Of a stretch of 64,000 nt of DNA, positions 12,801-25,000 are shown piece by piece. A program made the translations under genes and the position numbers. Origin of the DNA: Cercozoa sp. M6MM (lineage: Eukaryota; Protista; Endomyxa: Ascetosporea); the NCBI GenBank assembly GCA_040357565.1, contig JBDODJ010000026.1; one strand, given 5' to 3'. Each line of letters opens with the position of its first letter. Within the stretch, counting starts at the first letter, position 1. The notes beneath the pieces are model-generated. The model did no database searches. It was not told the DNA's origin and saw only the letters and a program-made list of their open reading frames with translations.

Positions 12801-15800
12801 ACTTCGGCGCCGATCACGCGCACCAGCGACTCGACGTCGGTACCGCCAGTTGCAGTGCCTGAGGCGCTGTCTGCAAAAGTGTTTGAGGGAGTAGTCTCCT
12901 CGTCCACAGTGACACAGAGTGCGGCCAGGAAGGACGCCGTCTTGGACAGCACGTTCTCCTGGACCGACGCGGCCGTGTGTGGCAGGAAGACTGAGTTCTC
13001 AGTCTCCGTGTCGCTGTCACCGTCAGTGTCGCCACTGGGCAGCACCGTGCGCATCACAAGTCGCACAAGTTCCTCTCGACGCTCTCGCGACGCCAGCACC
13101 ATGGCCTGGCGTTCCTCTAGTCAAGGGATAGGTGGCTAGTCAGGGGATAAAGGGGTGGGGTGCAAGGAGATACCCAGTAGGTGCAGGTCGGTACAACCAG
13201 CCCTCTCAAAGGCGCGCATCGTGTGTTTCCAACGTACGACGAGTCGCTCGGCCAGACGCGAGTAGGTGTTGCTCGACACCAGGTCGGGCGTCTTGGAACT
13301 CAAGTCCAGCAGTGTCTCCACGGCCTGCTGCTGCGACGCCGGGACGCCGTGCTCGGTGCACATCTGTCGCACGCGTGTCTGCAGCGTCGATTCGCGAAGC
13401 ACCACCAGTCGCGGGTGCAGGCGTTGCAGTCGCTCCAGTCGACGCATCAGCCAGCGCAGTTGCAGAGTAACTAGGCGACTTATCTGTGGCACCACCTCTC
13501 TCACGTTTCGGCTATCCGAGATGTAGCGTGTCAGCGAGGCTTTCACCTGCGCCTTCATAGCCTCGATCTCGTCCGTCTCGCTGTCGGCACTGATGTCCTC
13601 CGCAGGTTCCTCCGCAGGTGCCACCTGGGCGTCCGCTCGGATCCGCAGTGTTTCGCACTGGGCGAACAGTTCCGTCAGATCAATAGTCACTGGGGAGGCC
13701 TCTTCTGTCAGCTGTGCACAAGACCGGTGATCAGTCAGATGGTCGGACATACAAAGAGAGAAGAGACAAAGAGGCACCTGTGCAGATGACTCGAGCTTGG
13801 CCACTTGTTCCACGATACTGTCCAAGCTTTGGTTGAACGTGCGGCGGAACCTGAGCATCGAGGCCAACTGCGCGGACTGTTGAGAAACACAGACACACAC
13901 ATCGAGGTATCATTACAGGGAGGGAGAAGGCGTACCGGTCGCACGTTCTCTGTATGGGACGACTCGGTCTTGGACAGGAAGTCGGACAGCTCGGTCATGA
14001 GCTTGCGCTGGGCCGACAGGTCGCTCGGCATGCCGCCGTGGTAGAGCAGGAAGTGCGCCACGAGCACGTGCAGCGAGTGTCCGGCCAGCAACAGCGGCGG
14101 CAGCGAGGTCTCGTCGCCCTTGATGACTCGTAGTTCCCGTCGGAACAGCAACTGCGATCGCAGCATGCCTCGTTGCGGCATTTCTGTGTCGGGCAGGCGC
14201 AGTAGACGAGTGACGCACGTAGTGACTCGCTGCTGCGCACGTGGCAACGCGGGCAGTGCACCCAGTCGCGTGTAGGCCTGCAGCACGGCCGACAGCGGCG
14301 ACACGCCGTCGCTTTCGGTCAGCAGAACCAAGTCGCTCCAGTCGCCGTGCTCGGGCAGCCACGGCATCGGCTTTATGTGAGGTACAGGCGCCACAAACAC
14401 CTCCACCAGGGTGATCAGCTGTGTCAAGGGTACAGGTATTGGTAGATTCCACATGTAGTAACACAAGAGGGCAGATAGTGTGTACCTGCATGATGTAGTA
14501 CTCGAGCAGAGACAGGTGCGTCTGCTTGTCACCGTCGATCGCCTGCTGTGCCATCGCGAGCGAGCGCGATAGACAGCGCACGACGAACGACAGCAGTGTG
14601 CGCATGGCGTCCAGCACCTGCGTCGATGGCTCGTTGATACAGGCGCGCAGAGCGACCACCAGTTGTGCCGTCACATTGTTGATGAGACTGCAAGTACTGG
14701 TCGCCAGCAACACCGCGCTTGCACTCTCATCACTCACCGTCGATTCTACTCAAGATACACAATGTAGAGCCAACATGAAAAGACACCAGTGTATGTACCG
14801 AGTGCTTTGATGTGTTGCTGCAGCGCAGCTGTGGCGTAGCGCGTCACGAAGAGACGCAGCAGCGGCGCGAAGGACGACGTCTCACCCAGTGCCTCGGACA
14901 TCTTGAAGTTGCTCAGCGAGGCACGTGCCAGCTGCGCACTCTGCAAGCCGCGGACCAGCACTGCCATTCTCGCCTGTGGTACCACACGCACACATACACA
15001 TGCACATGCATATACACATACATACACATACATGTATACATACATACATATATGCATATATATACTTATAGATGTCCCTGACAACAGGTACCGCAGCAAT
15101 GCGAAACACGGCCATTGAATACTCGAGCGAGTCGGGGTGTTTCGCGGGCACGGCGCTGGCAGAGGCGCTGACACGTTGCTTCTCTGGCAGTGCCTGCAGC
15201 AGCTGCGCCGTCTCTGCCGACGAGAGTGGCGGCAGGTCGCGCGACTGGGCGTGCAGACACCAGCGCAGCGAGTGCAGCGAGAAGGCTTCGAACCGAGTCG
15301 TCAGTCGCATCAGTCTACAGGCCAGGACATACCAAAAGCTGTGGCATTATAGAGGGAAGATTACCGCCGAGTGAGCAGGGGCTGCAGTGCATGTGCCACA
15401 CTGAGCGGCATGTTAACACGCTCAAAGAAAGCCGGCAATGCTCGCTGCAGCGAGAACTCGGGCGCAAGTGTCTCGTAGACCAGTTCCGGTTCACCGCTGT
15501 CTCGCTCTATCACTCGTACGAGCACGCGCGGACTGGTGCGCACCTTGCCCCAGAGCATGTTGTAAACCTGCGGAGGACCACCTCTGCCCTGCTGTCGCGA
15601 GAGTGCGCGCTGGCCTACGTCTACACCAACATGACTAGATCGGTAGGAACCAACCAGAGCACAGTAGTGCTGTCTTACCATTGATGTGATTGATAAGCAC
15701 GTGCAAGCGGTGAGCCACCCAACGCACGGCACGAGGAGGCACTGTTGTCGTCTCAGTCAGCGCACGCACCTGCCGGTTGACGACGTAGTCCATGGCGTAC

Positions 15801-18513
15801 AGCAGGGAACTCTTGAAGTCCTCATAGTGTCGTGCCATCTCTTCCACCGAGCGAGTCACCAGTTCGAAGGGCGGTGGAACAGGCTCACTCTCCACAGACC
15901 TACCCAAGAGTCTACCTCATAACACAATGAAGGAAGAACAAACGTACCCAAGTTCCTCGGGCCACTCAGAGTTGCGCCAGTCGTGAAAGAAACCGAGCAG
16001 CACACGGAGCGACTGGGAGCGTGCCAGCATGTGTCGCGACGGCAGCGACAGCGACAGCGCGGCCGCACAGTCGGCCCAGCGCACCAGGAGCAGCGGTGTC
16101 ATGTGACGCTGTGCCAGGAAACGCGACACCGAACGCGGTCGCAACATCTCGGGCATCTCGCTCTGCTCGCGTCCGTGCTTGCCATTGAGCTGCAAAGCTT
16201 GGTAGCCCGACTCCAGTACAGCTTCGATACTTGCAAGTTCGTGATTCGCATGCCCAGTCAGGAGAGCTACATGAAGGTACAACACACTGAGAAGCAAAGG
16301 TCCATCAAGATCATTTGTACCCAGTAGCGAGATCAACTCGCGTGTCAAGAAGGCCGGTGCGCCGTGCCAGAACTCAACCTGTGCCGGGTAGCTCTGTGCA
16401 AGTAGTGTGACACATCTGAGCACTTCCTCTAATCGCGATGACAGCAGCGTCGTAGTGTTCATACGCTGCTTTCTGCGTGCACAGACACATCCTGTAGACA
16501 AACACACAGGTGTGCATGTGGAGAGTGTACTCGGGAGGGTCGCGCAGAGCGAGCTGCCAGGTGAGTGAGCAGATGCTGCGAATGGCCGCTTGCGCACTCT
16601 CGCCGAGCACCCGCATGTGCCGCATCGACGACTCTGGCATGCGTGCCCGGCGGTGTGCTTGCGTGGCGGATATGAGCGTGGAGGCCATATGGCCCGTGTG
16701 GTAGCTCACATCGAAGCGCTCGCCTCGCGACATGCGTCTCTCCCCACTGCACACACCGCCAATAGGGACATGTCCACATGCCATAGAGTGAGAGTACTCA
16801 GTAAAGAAAAGCGGCAATTCGTGCGTCATTGGAGTCAGCAGAATGCACTGTGGGAACCACGTATAGTCGGGCACGAGCAGCAGCATGCGTTCGTGCGGCG
16901 TCTCCGTCGCCTCTTGCGTCGTGACCACATCGGACACGCCGGCAGCACGCAGCAGTGAGTCACTCAGCACCATGACACCGTCGGCGTCCATGAAGGCACG
17001 CACGGCCACCGATGTATCGTTTTCTAGTGACATTCGGTGCAACTCGCGCAGCACCTTGGTCGCCAGGGTTTGCAGGTCGAGTGGCACCGCTCCCCTCTCT
17101 GGTCGTGCCTGCGTAGAGCGACGAATGTGCAATAATCATACCGATATCACAGAAGACAACAGTGCTACCATTAAACGGAGACATGTGCGCACGAGAACAG
17201 CAGCGGCGATGGCATTCGAGTAGTGCAGCAGCATGCTGCTCTTTAGCGAGTTCAGCATGATCATGAGCGACTGGTGGATCAGCGTGTACAGCGTCGACCG
17301 CAGCTGCGCCGCGTCCGGCACGTCCTCGGCATCGTGTTCCTCGAGGTCCTCAAGCGCGGCAACGCAGAAGCGCAGCAGTTTCATCAGTCGTCCGTTCTCG
17401 CGCAAGGTCTCGCTTCGTCGCAGAAAGCGCATGCACGCTTCGAGCTTGCACTACGCAAACTCAGTACTGCAGGCTGACTGGAAAGTATACAGACCTCAAG
17501 GTGTACCATGCTGCCGGTCACTGCGAGTGCACGAGTCGTCCGAACAACCACGTCGCTTTGAAACACCTGTCTCGCGCGCACAACGCTCACGCTGAGTCGC
17601 GGCTTGCTTCGAGTCAGTGTCGTGTTCGGCGTCGCCAGGTGCGGTCGCAGGTCGACGTCCAAGACGGCATCGTGCAGCTGCTGAAACACGTCGGGACAGC
17701 CGCGCAGGTAGTGCAGCAGCACGGCGTCTTCGAGGAACCAGTCGAAGGACATGAGGTGACTCAGCGCATGTGCCCACAGATTGAAGCGAGTCTGGTCGTA
17801 CGCCAGACTGAGCAGCGTCTCGCGCAGTGACGCGTCGTTCTCGGCCATTTCGCGTGCCTTTCGGTCCACAAAAAACATGTCCAGAACCGACATTCCCGCT
17901 AAGAGTGCCGTCTCTGCTGCTTCGTGGTGCTGCGGAAAACGACAACACTTCAATCAACTTGAACTCACTTAACTCGACTCAACTCAACTCACTCAATCAT
18001 CCCAATTCATCTCAAATCAGAGTTGCAACATTGAAGTGTACCAGTGCTTCCTTCGCAGATCGAATCACGAGTTGCGTCAATGGCACGAAGTTACACACCT
18101 TGTGGAGAGCCTTATCTTCGCACAGCTCGAGCAGTCGCCTTTGAAAGCGAAGCGCTGGCACGAGCATTTCGCGAGCATCTTCGGCAATGAATTTAGTCAG
18201 TCGCTCTGACAGCTGGTTGACTGCGTCTGCTGGTAGACTGCACACACACACGGGAATCAATGCAGTCAGTGTACGAAACTCAAAAGCCACGTGATGTGCA
18301 AGGTGTTCCAATATTGAAACAGCGTACGAACAAGTCGTCTGAAGCGCAGCATCGCCGCCTTCGTTTCTCAAGAACTGCTCAAAGTCGTCATCGCTAAGCT
18401 GCCTAATTCGCTCTAGTTTCGCAGGCTAGAAAACAAAACTCTAATGTCTGTCTGAAACGAGAAAACATCAAACAGGAAGGAGGTACCAGCGGAACGACTC
18501 CGACATTAGACAT
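1110..18513 (-). CDS. Very large multi-exon HECT E3 ubiquitin ligase, HUWE1/Tom1/UPL1-like
   Basis: C-terminal HECT motifs LRVTVRRDRLFEDA, FLGEEGVDQGGVQREFY, ELELLLCGTPDIDVDDW, WFW, LLQFVTGTSK|VPLEGF, catalytic LPTANTCFHQLNLPRY and terminal GFGFA*. Upstream are long helical, acidic and polyQ regions and a UBM-like FLQNFPPEMQQD. Probable ATG at 18513 followed by a GTAC intron. Confidence 0.93.
2274..2430. repeat. Intronic (ACACATAC)n and GACCATAGACAC-type tandem repeat with a 10-N gap
   Basis: Directly visible. Confidence 0.9.
3851..4029. repeat. (GT)n microsatellite abutting a 100-N gap (3930-4029)
   Basis: Directly visible. Confidence 0.95.
5140..5250. repeat. Intronic (AAACAY)n hexamer repeat
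   Basis: aaacac/aaacat array. Confidence 0.9.
6768..6935 (-). repeat. Coding (CAA/CAG)n polyQ and PEQQQ repeat in the HECT gene
   Basis: In frame in ORF 6592..7575. Confidence 0.9.
12328..12470 (-). repeat. Coding DKDKG repeat in the HECT gene
   Basis: (tccttg/tcaccc) array translating to DKDKGDKDK in ORF 12065..13102. Confidence 0.85.
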
Positions 18514-18886
18514 GCGGTTGCCGCTTGTCCTTCTCTTCTTCCCTTCTGACGGTCACGACTCCAAGAAGAAGAAAACTGTCGTGCCACGCACAGTCGCACA
18601 CTAGAAGCGACGAAGGTGCGTCTGCTGGGTCAGTCGGTCAGTGGGTCCCCCCAACAAAAAAGAAATGCAAAACGCTGCTCTGCACTTTGAAAAATGCGCG
18701 GTGCTTCGGTACCACTGCTCTGGCACAGCACGGCTCTCTGCCAGTCAAAGAGACGATGGGGTCAATCTTGGCGGCATTTGCTATGAGCTCACGGTGAGCC
18801 GGCAGCAGATTTGATCCAAAACGACAGAGTTCACGTTGGCGACCTAAAACTGTGCCCGCGTGTGCTTGTGCTCGACGCATAGTGAT

Positions 18887-19691
18887 ATGTTTGCCAAGTA
18901 CGGTCGTTTGTCACATTTGAGTTTTTCTTACCATTTTCTTTGTTGGGCAGGTGGAAGCAATCTGAGAACGTGGCGCGATGCGCGCCGATTAAGAACTCGC
19001 TCGGCAAAAAGATCAAGCGCAGTTTGAAGGAGGCATACCCGGAGATGGACGAGGCACTGGACGTGATCTTCCCGAAGAAGACGCCGATGGTGGTCGCCAA
19101 CTGCTCTGGACATGTCGAGATTCTCTGTGCCGAGGACAGAACGATCTGGTTCATCAAGGGTAGGTTGTGTTTGGTTTTGTGTTTTGCTGTTATCATGTTG
19201 TTTGTTTGTGAGGGTAGACAGGAATTCCGAGTGGGCGCCCGCTCTGCGCACGCTGCACCGATTCCCAGAGTTGCTGCCTCGATTCCAGGTGGATCAGGGA
19301 GCCATCCGATTCCTGGTACTTTTGCCCTTGCATCCCTACGTGCCTTACTTTGCACTCTGGTGTGCTTCAGCTCAACGGCAGTGACGTGAAGTGTCCCGGT
19401 CTCACGTCACCGGGTGCCGAAATGCCAGAGGACGACGAGGTCGAGGTTGGTGACATTGTTGCCGTCTATGCCGAGGGCAAGGAGGTGCACTTCTATTCTT
19501 GTTCTGCTCGTTTTACTATCATGTGATGTGATGCTGTGTTTTTTGAAACTGTGTAGCATGCCCTTGCTGTCGGTGTGTTGGTCAAGAGCATCGCCAACAT
19601 CAAGAGTGAGAACCGTGGCGATGCCATTCGCATCCTCAATTTCCTCGGACCGAAGGACGGCCTGTGGGCTCAAGGTTTGAAGCTTGACTAA
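18887..19691 (+). CDS. MCTS1: Translation re-initiation and recycling factor MCTS1/Tma20 (pre-PUA + PUA)
   Basis: Spliced MFAK|WKQSENV...IFPKK...PALRTLHRFPELLPRFQVDQGAIRFL|LNGSDVKCPGLTSPGA...AVYAEGKE|HALAVG...DGLW matches the family signature. Confidence 0.93.
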
Positions 19692-19869
19692 ACCGAACTT
19701 AAAAGCTCGACCGGACTAACGTAAACGATGACGTAACCCCGTTTGTAACTAGGCTTCGCTGATGCATGCACTGGCATATACAAATATAGTACCATCTTAT
19801 GAACGTTGGATGTCGTTTGGACGGACGGTACGACCGGACTGACTGCGTGACGGAAGCATAGGCAATACC

Positions 19870-20090
19870 GGGTATCGTATGGCGGGGTTTTTCGAGGCAA
19901 AATCAGAATCAAAGAGAGGTTAAGCAGGGTAAGGGGGCTAAAAGGAGGTAAGAAGGCAATGGGGGTAAGGGGGTAAAGGGGTAAGAGGGGTAAGGGGAGC
20001 AAAGAGGGAAGGCGGGTAAGGCGGGTTAAGGATTAAGGGGGTAGATATTTAGGAGGGTTCGGTTCTGCCTCGAAAAACCCTGCCATACCC
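19870..20090. mobile_element. Non-autonomous TIR element (MITE), Mutator-like
   Basis: Left end gggtat(cgtat)ggcggggtttttcgaggcaaaa is the inverted repeat of right end ttctgcctcgaaaaaccctgccataccc. A 9-bp direct repeat ggcaatacc flanks it (19861-19869 and 20091-20099). A second copy lies at 50672-50804. Confidence 0.85.
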
Positions 20091-20299
20091 GGCAATACCG
20101 TACGGGAGCATTTTGTAATTTTCTGAATGGACAAAATCCGGGCTGGCAGTTTCTCAGGGAGTCTGTTTCCTCCCTGGGGTCACGCCACAGTTTGACCTCG
20201 TCTGGTCGTTTCAAGGAAAACGATAGCAAGGTCTCAGTCGTGCAAACTCGCTCTAAGCGTGCCTTTAGCCGCGTTATAGATCCAATTTGCCTCTCCTTC

Positions 20300-21012
20300 A
20301 TGCTACGCCATGTAAGTTTACATTGCTTTTTATTTGCTGTCCACCTATAGCTAGCAAACTTGGCATTTTTCTTTTGCAGCGCGCTGGTGCTCGATTCCTT
20401 GGTTGGCTGGATTTTTCGCCATGGGCCATCAGTTCGGTGTGGCCACATCGACACAGACATGAGATTGTGAACCTTCAGACACGACCCTTCTACATGGGAA
20501 ATGAATGGTAAATTTACGTCAGAGGTTGCACGAGAACGTGCGTTGTTGTTAAGAATGTTGTATGACGCAGGCCACATTGTGATTTCATTATGAGCGAAGA
20601 TAAATCGGAGTATCTCATCCGAGCCGACGTGCCTGGCGTGAACGCTAAAGACCTTAAGGTGAAAGTGGACAAGCACGGCGCTGGAGATCTACGTATTGAG
20701 GGAAAATGGGACATGGAGAAGCGCGAACATAGTGACCAAGACGACTGGACATTCTTTGAGCGCAAGAAGGGTAGCTTCATGCGACGATTCCCGCTACCAA
20801 AAAACGCCGATGCAGAAGGTGTTTGAACATTGAAACTCCTTAACTCGGAACAGAAGTATAATTTCTACTAATCAGGCTTGACTGCATCGATGTACCGTAA
20901 TGTACTCACTCTGCGCATTCCCGTGAAGCCACAGCAGACAGAAGTCGAACTGGAGAGCGAAGAAAGTCGGTTTCGCGAGATTGAAGTTGAAGTTGAACCG
21001 GAACAAGAATAA
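20300..21012 (+). CDS. Small heat-shock protein (Hsp20/alpha-crystallin domain)
   Basis: EYLIRADVPGV..DLKV, LRIEG, ERKKGSFMRRFPLPKNAD, VLTLRIP and a C-terminal REIEV motif. Start approximate. Confidence 0.9.
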
Positions 21013-21262
21013 AGTTAGAGCCCATTTGTCGAGAAGGGCAAACTTGAACTACACCGTTTACTCGAACTTGAATCCATAGTGCTGTACTGAATCATGCCAG
21101 AAACGTACTACCTGCAATTCAGTTGCGACCGAACATTGGCCGACATCAAAAATTTTTGCTCGGCAGCCTTGGGACAAGTTGCGCTTCTCCGAATGCAACC
21201 ACGCGGCTTCATTGCAATTTGCAACTAAATTTGAAGGTGTTCGTAAACGCGTGGTAAAAGAG

Positions 21263-22485
21263 ATGAAAGCCCTTTTCTTCTTTGCCGTTGGCTGCGCCGC
21301 ACCGGCCGCAGTTGCAGCAGCATTTAGACACAGCATTGGTCAGTTCCCTTTTCAGTTTTGGCATTCCATATGGCCAGTAGACGATTATCGATAACGTCTT
21401 TGTTTTTGTTTTTTTGCTTCAAGAAGACTTGTCGGATAACTATGTTGGTTCATTCGTGCAAGAAGCCCCTGCGGCTGCAGCGGTCCCAGTTGAAACTTAC
21501 AACTATTATTACCAAGGTATCAGCTCCGTATCTCGAAAAAAAAAATGCACCGGCGCTAAATGTCTTTGACCATCACCTCCCCGGCCTGTTTTATATCAAC
21601 CAATGAGATCATGTCATATCCTGGTAGCGCGAAGCTACGACTTGCCCTCTTCGCTTGCTTCGTTATACGGCTTTGATGCCGTCAGTCTCCAACCAATGTA
21701 CCCGTATCGCACGTCGCCGCTCTTGAACTACGCACCTGCATCGATTTCGTACGATTCTGACCTCGTCCGGTTCCAGAGCGCTCTTTGTGAAGAATCCACG
21801 CGACTCACACTCCCCCTGTTGCACCAAATTGGTGCCCTAGAGCACGAGCTCATGGCCGCACGGAACGTACCTGGCATTTCTTTCGTTTCTGATGTGATTG
21901 AACTGCAACCGAGCTGTCACGCACGTGTCGCATTTTTAGAGAGCCGCGTCTGATCGCATGCGCGTGTACAACTTGCTGCATCTGGTCTCTTTTTTAAATA
22001 GGCTAGGCTAACTGAACAATTGGATCAAGCCTGAACGTGGAACCGAATAACGATACTTTTCATGATAGGCACTGGGGCGAGAGTTGGCAGATTCACTGCT
22101 TCGTCCGAATTATCAAGTTGCTCGAAGCGAGTCACTGTACGACCTGCTCGGTGTTGGGCCTCATGCCGACGAAGATGAGATTCGAAAGGCACATCGCCAG
22201 CGGCAACTCGAGCTGACCGTAGTGTTTTCCTTTTACAGTATGCCTGACACCAATCCACATTTACAGCAAGAGGAACGACGTCTGGGAATCCACTCGAGTA
22301 GGGCCGGAACCGACATTGGCGATCGTCGGCGTCGCTTGTACGTTTCGTTCAACGGTCGTTCCTTGCATGCCTGAATATAGGCTACTGTGCGTATGTGTTA
22401 AAATGACAGGAGTCTCGCCAAGGAAGTGATGCTGTGCTCGCAACTGCGCAGCATCTACGACTTCGCTCGCACGATCGCCGATTGA
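21263..22485 (+). CDS. Hypothetical protein with hydrophobic N-terminus and degenerate C-terminal J domain
   Basis: SLYDLLGVGPHADEDEIRKAHR and, after intron 22339-22409, LSLAKEVMLCSQLRSIYD match J-domain helices I/II and III/IV. No HPD motif. Confidence 0.65.
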
Positions 22486-22519
22486 AAACTGCCGCGCTCA
22501 CTGGCAAGTCGACGAACGG

Positions 22520-22594
22520 GACTTCAGTTACCTCCGCACGGCTCGCCTCAGTTATCCATGCCACCGGGCCCCGGTTCGAATCCGGGTGGAGTCG
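22520..22594 (+). ncRNA. tRNA-like element or pseudo-tRNA
   Basis: Perfect T-arm CCCGG-TTCGAAT-CCGGG (B box) and 7-bp acceptor pairing GACTTCA/TGGAGTC plus discriminator, 75 nt in total. No recognisable D-arm or canonical anticodon loop. Confidence 0.45.
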
Positions 22595-22868
22595 TGATTG
22601 AGTATTACGTCGTTACTTACGAGCTGGATCTACCGTACTGTACTAGTACTATCTACTGCCTGTCTTTACCGTGCCCGACCATCGTACGGGACTAATTTCG
22701 CTGTATTTCGTTAACTGCACATGCCGTGGCCGCGTACCGGCTGTGCATCCAACATGCATGTAGACGGTACGCGTATGCCATAATGGAACGGATGTCTGTT
22801 GTGTACCAGCGATAGCTGACGAATATTCGATTCCTGAGTGTACGCGAAGCGACGGTACGTTCAGTAAA

Positions 22869-23697
22869 TCAGTACAACTTGGCAACCGAAAAGAGTCGAT
22901 TTCCAATGCGAAGAATGACTTCCTTCTGCAGTTGTATCCTCACGTCCAGCGAGCCTTTTGGCAGCACGACTTTGCCTTGCTTGGCGCGGCTCTATCCACA
23001 AAATTAGTGCCGGAAGGCGAGCAAGATACGTCAACACAGAGCAAGAGTACCGCCACACTGAGGTGCCAACACGGACGCTGAAAGAACTCGGCGAATTCAT
23101 ACTTGCGCAGTGTGGCATCAGTGAGTCGAACAGCCTGCACAAGCCAGTCGTCCACCTCCAGCTCGCCCGTCTCCTCATCATCACTCTCATAATCGCTCCC
23201 TTGCGTGTCGATGCCGCGGCTATGTGCAACAACGGCAAAGTCGCGTGTTTCTGACGGATTTGAAAACACACGTGTCTGACAGAGCCGGAGTTCGGCACAA
23301 GAGGCACTGGACAACGGTTGCAGCTGTCGCAGCTGCTGTCGCAACGCTGCCACATAGCCTTCGATCTGGTGCTTACGCAGCTCAAATGTGTGCGAGAGTG
23401 ACACGTGGTAGTCCTCCTCGTCAGTGAGTTGCCACGTGTCATCCAACTGGACCAGAAACTCGCGCAAACCGTCAGATCGGAGCACTCGCACTTTCACGAA
23501 GACCTTCCGCGAAAGAACTTAGGCCAAGTAAAACCTACAACGGGGATAAAACACACCAGCGACGGCCAGACCCCACGACGTTCTTCGTCCACGCAGGGCA
23601 GAGCACTCGTCGCCGACGGCAGCTGCACACGCCGCCGCTTTCGCGCAGGCTCCTTGTCCGACTCGCTGTCGCTACTGTAGCTCACCAATGCACTCAT
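22869..23697 (-). CDS. USB1: U6 snRNA phosphodiesterase USB1 (2H family)
   Basis: N-terminal MSALVSYSSDSES, GVWPSL, and two HxS motifs YHVSLS and WHLSVA; two GT-AG introns. Confidence 0.9.
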
Positions 23698-23910
23698 AAA
23701 AAATTAGCACACGCAAGCACACAAAAACGGAGGCTAATGGTGGCACAATGACACTCTCCACTTTTTATATATTTCAGCGCTCAGTTTGTTAGTCAGATTT
23801 GACCGCTACAAAGATATCCGCAACTGTGCGTGTATGTGTGTGTAGTATTGGTGCTGTTTTAGTACTTTTGGCACTCAGCGGTGCAAGCAGAGCTACCAGA
23901 CAGCCAGGCG

Positions 23911-24597
23911 ATGGCAGCGAGTGCCGAGCAGGACGCCGTGTTGATGCAGGCGGCGCTGCGAGTGGCACATGCAGCTCTGCCGCGCGGTGAGGTGCCGGTC
24001 GGTGCTGTTTTCGCTCGAACGAGCGACGGCGTGATCGTTGCCGAGGCGCACAACGAGACGAACGCGACGTGCAACGCGACGCGGCACGCCGAGATCGTCG
24101 CGATCGACGAGTTGCTCAAGTCGGTATCACTGCCAGACTGTGTTTCTCTTCTCTCTTTCGTTTTGAAAGAACTCAATCCAACGTTGTGTTCTCAGCGCGA
24201 CTCTCTGGCCGGCCTGACGTTGTGTGTCACCGTGGAGCCGTGTATCATGTGCGGCTACACGCTGCGCCTACTCGGCATCGATCGCGTCGTGTTCGGGTGC
24301 AGCAACCCGCGCTTTGGCGGCAACGGCTCCGTGCTCGCGCTGCACGAGCGAGATACGCGGCCGCACGAATCAACTGATGACGCTACTGAGCCCAGAGACC
24401 AAGAGGCATGCGGACTGGACGGTTGTCAGGGCTACCCGATCACTGCGGGCGTCCGCGCGGACGAAGCAATCGCGCTGCTGAAGGACTTCTACGCCACCGG
24501 CAATCCCAATGCGCCCGAGAGCAAAAGACGACGTCGACTGAGCGACGCTGACGTGTCGACTGTTCCCGCTCCTGATATAGTTGAGTGCTGTGACTAA
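23911..24597 (+). CDS. ADAT2: tRNA adenosine-34 deaminase catalytic subunit ADAT2/Tad2
   Basis: GEVPVGAV, NATRHAE, TVEPCIMC, FGCSNPRFGGNGSV and FYATGNPNAP; one intron. Confidence 0.94.
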   Translation: MAASAEQDAVLMQAALRVAHAALPRGEVPVGAVFARTSDGVIVAEAHNETNATCNATRHAEIVAIDELLKSVSLPDCVSLLSFVLKELNPTLCSQRDSLAGLTLCVTVEPCIMCGYTLRLLGIDRVVFGCSNPRFGGNGSVLALHERDTRPHESTDDATEPRDQEACGLDGCQGYPITAGVRADEAIALLKDFYATGNPNAPESKRRRRLSDADVSTVPAPDIVECCD

Positions 24598-24801
24598 GAA
24601 AGTTTCAAGCTCGAACTGCAACACAAGTTGCCTGAACATGGGCTCTTCAGTTCTAGCTTAAGCCAGTTCGGTTGCGTCGATTCAATCGCAATCGATACGA
24701 TGATAATTTACAATCCAACTTTTTGTATTCAAGTCAGGGGGCAGTTTCTTACTCCGTCTGGCATGATGGTTCCAACGCGTCACATTCAGCAGAGGATGTG
24801 T

Positions 24802-24927
24802 TCAGTTGGACGGACGGAACCACTTGAAGTACGCGATCAGTGCAATGATGGCCAGCTGAATGATGATAATCACACCTGCACACAGATGACACATCATACA
24901 CGCACAATACAGACCTGGAGAGTCCAG

Positions 24928-25000
<73 letters not shown>

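Noticed and set aside
19915-20045. GGGGTAA repeats as telomere or interstitial telomere
   Set aside because: Degenerate, short, enclosed by TIRs, and similar units occur in introns.
20100-20300. Heat-shock element upstream of Hsp20
   Set aside because: No correctly spaced nGAAnnTTCn array found.
22445-22490. U4 snRNA-like words (TGCGCAG ... ATTGAAAACT)
   Set aside because: Spacing is too short, there is no 5' stem-loop or Sm site, and the stretch is explained as the last J-domain exon.
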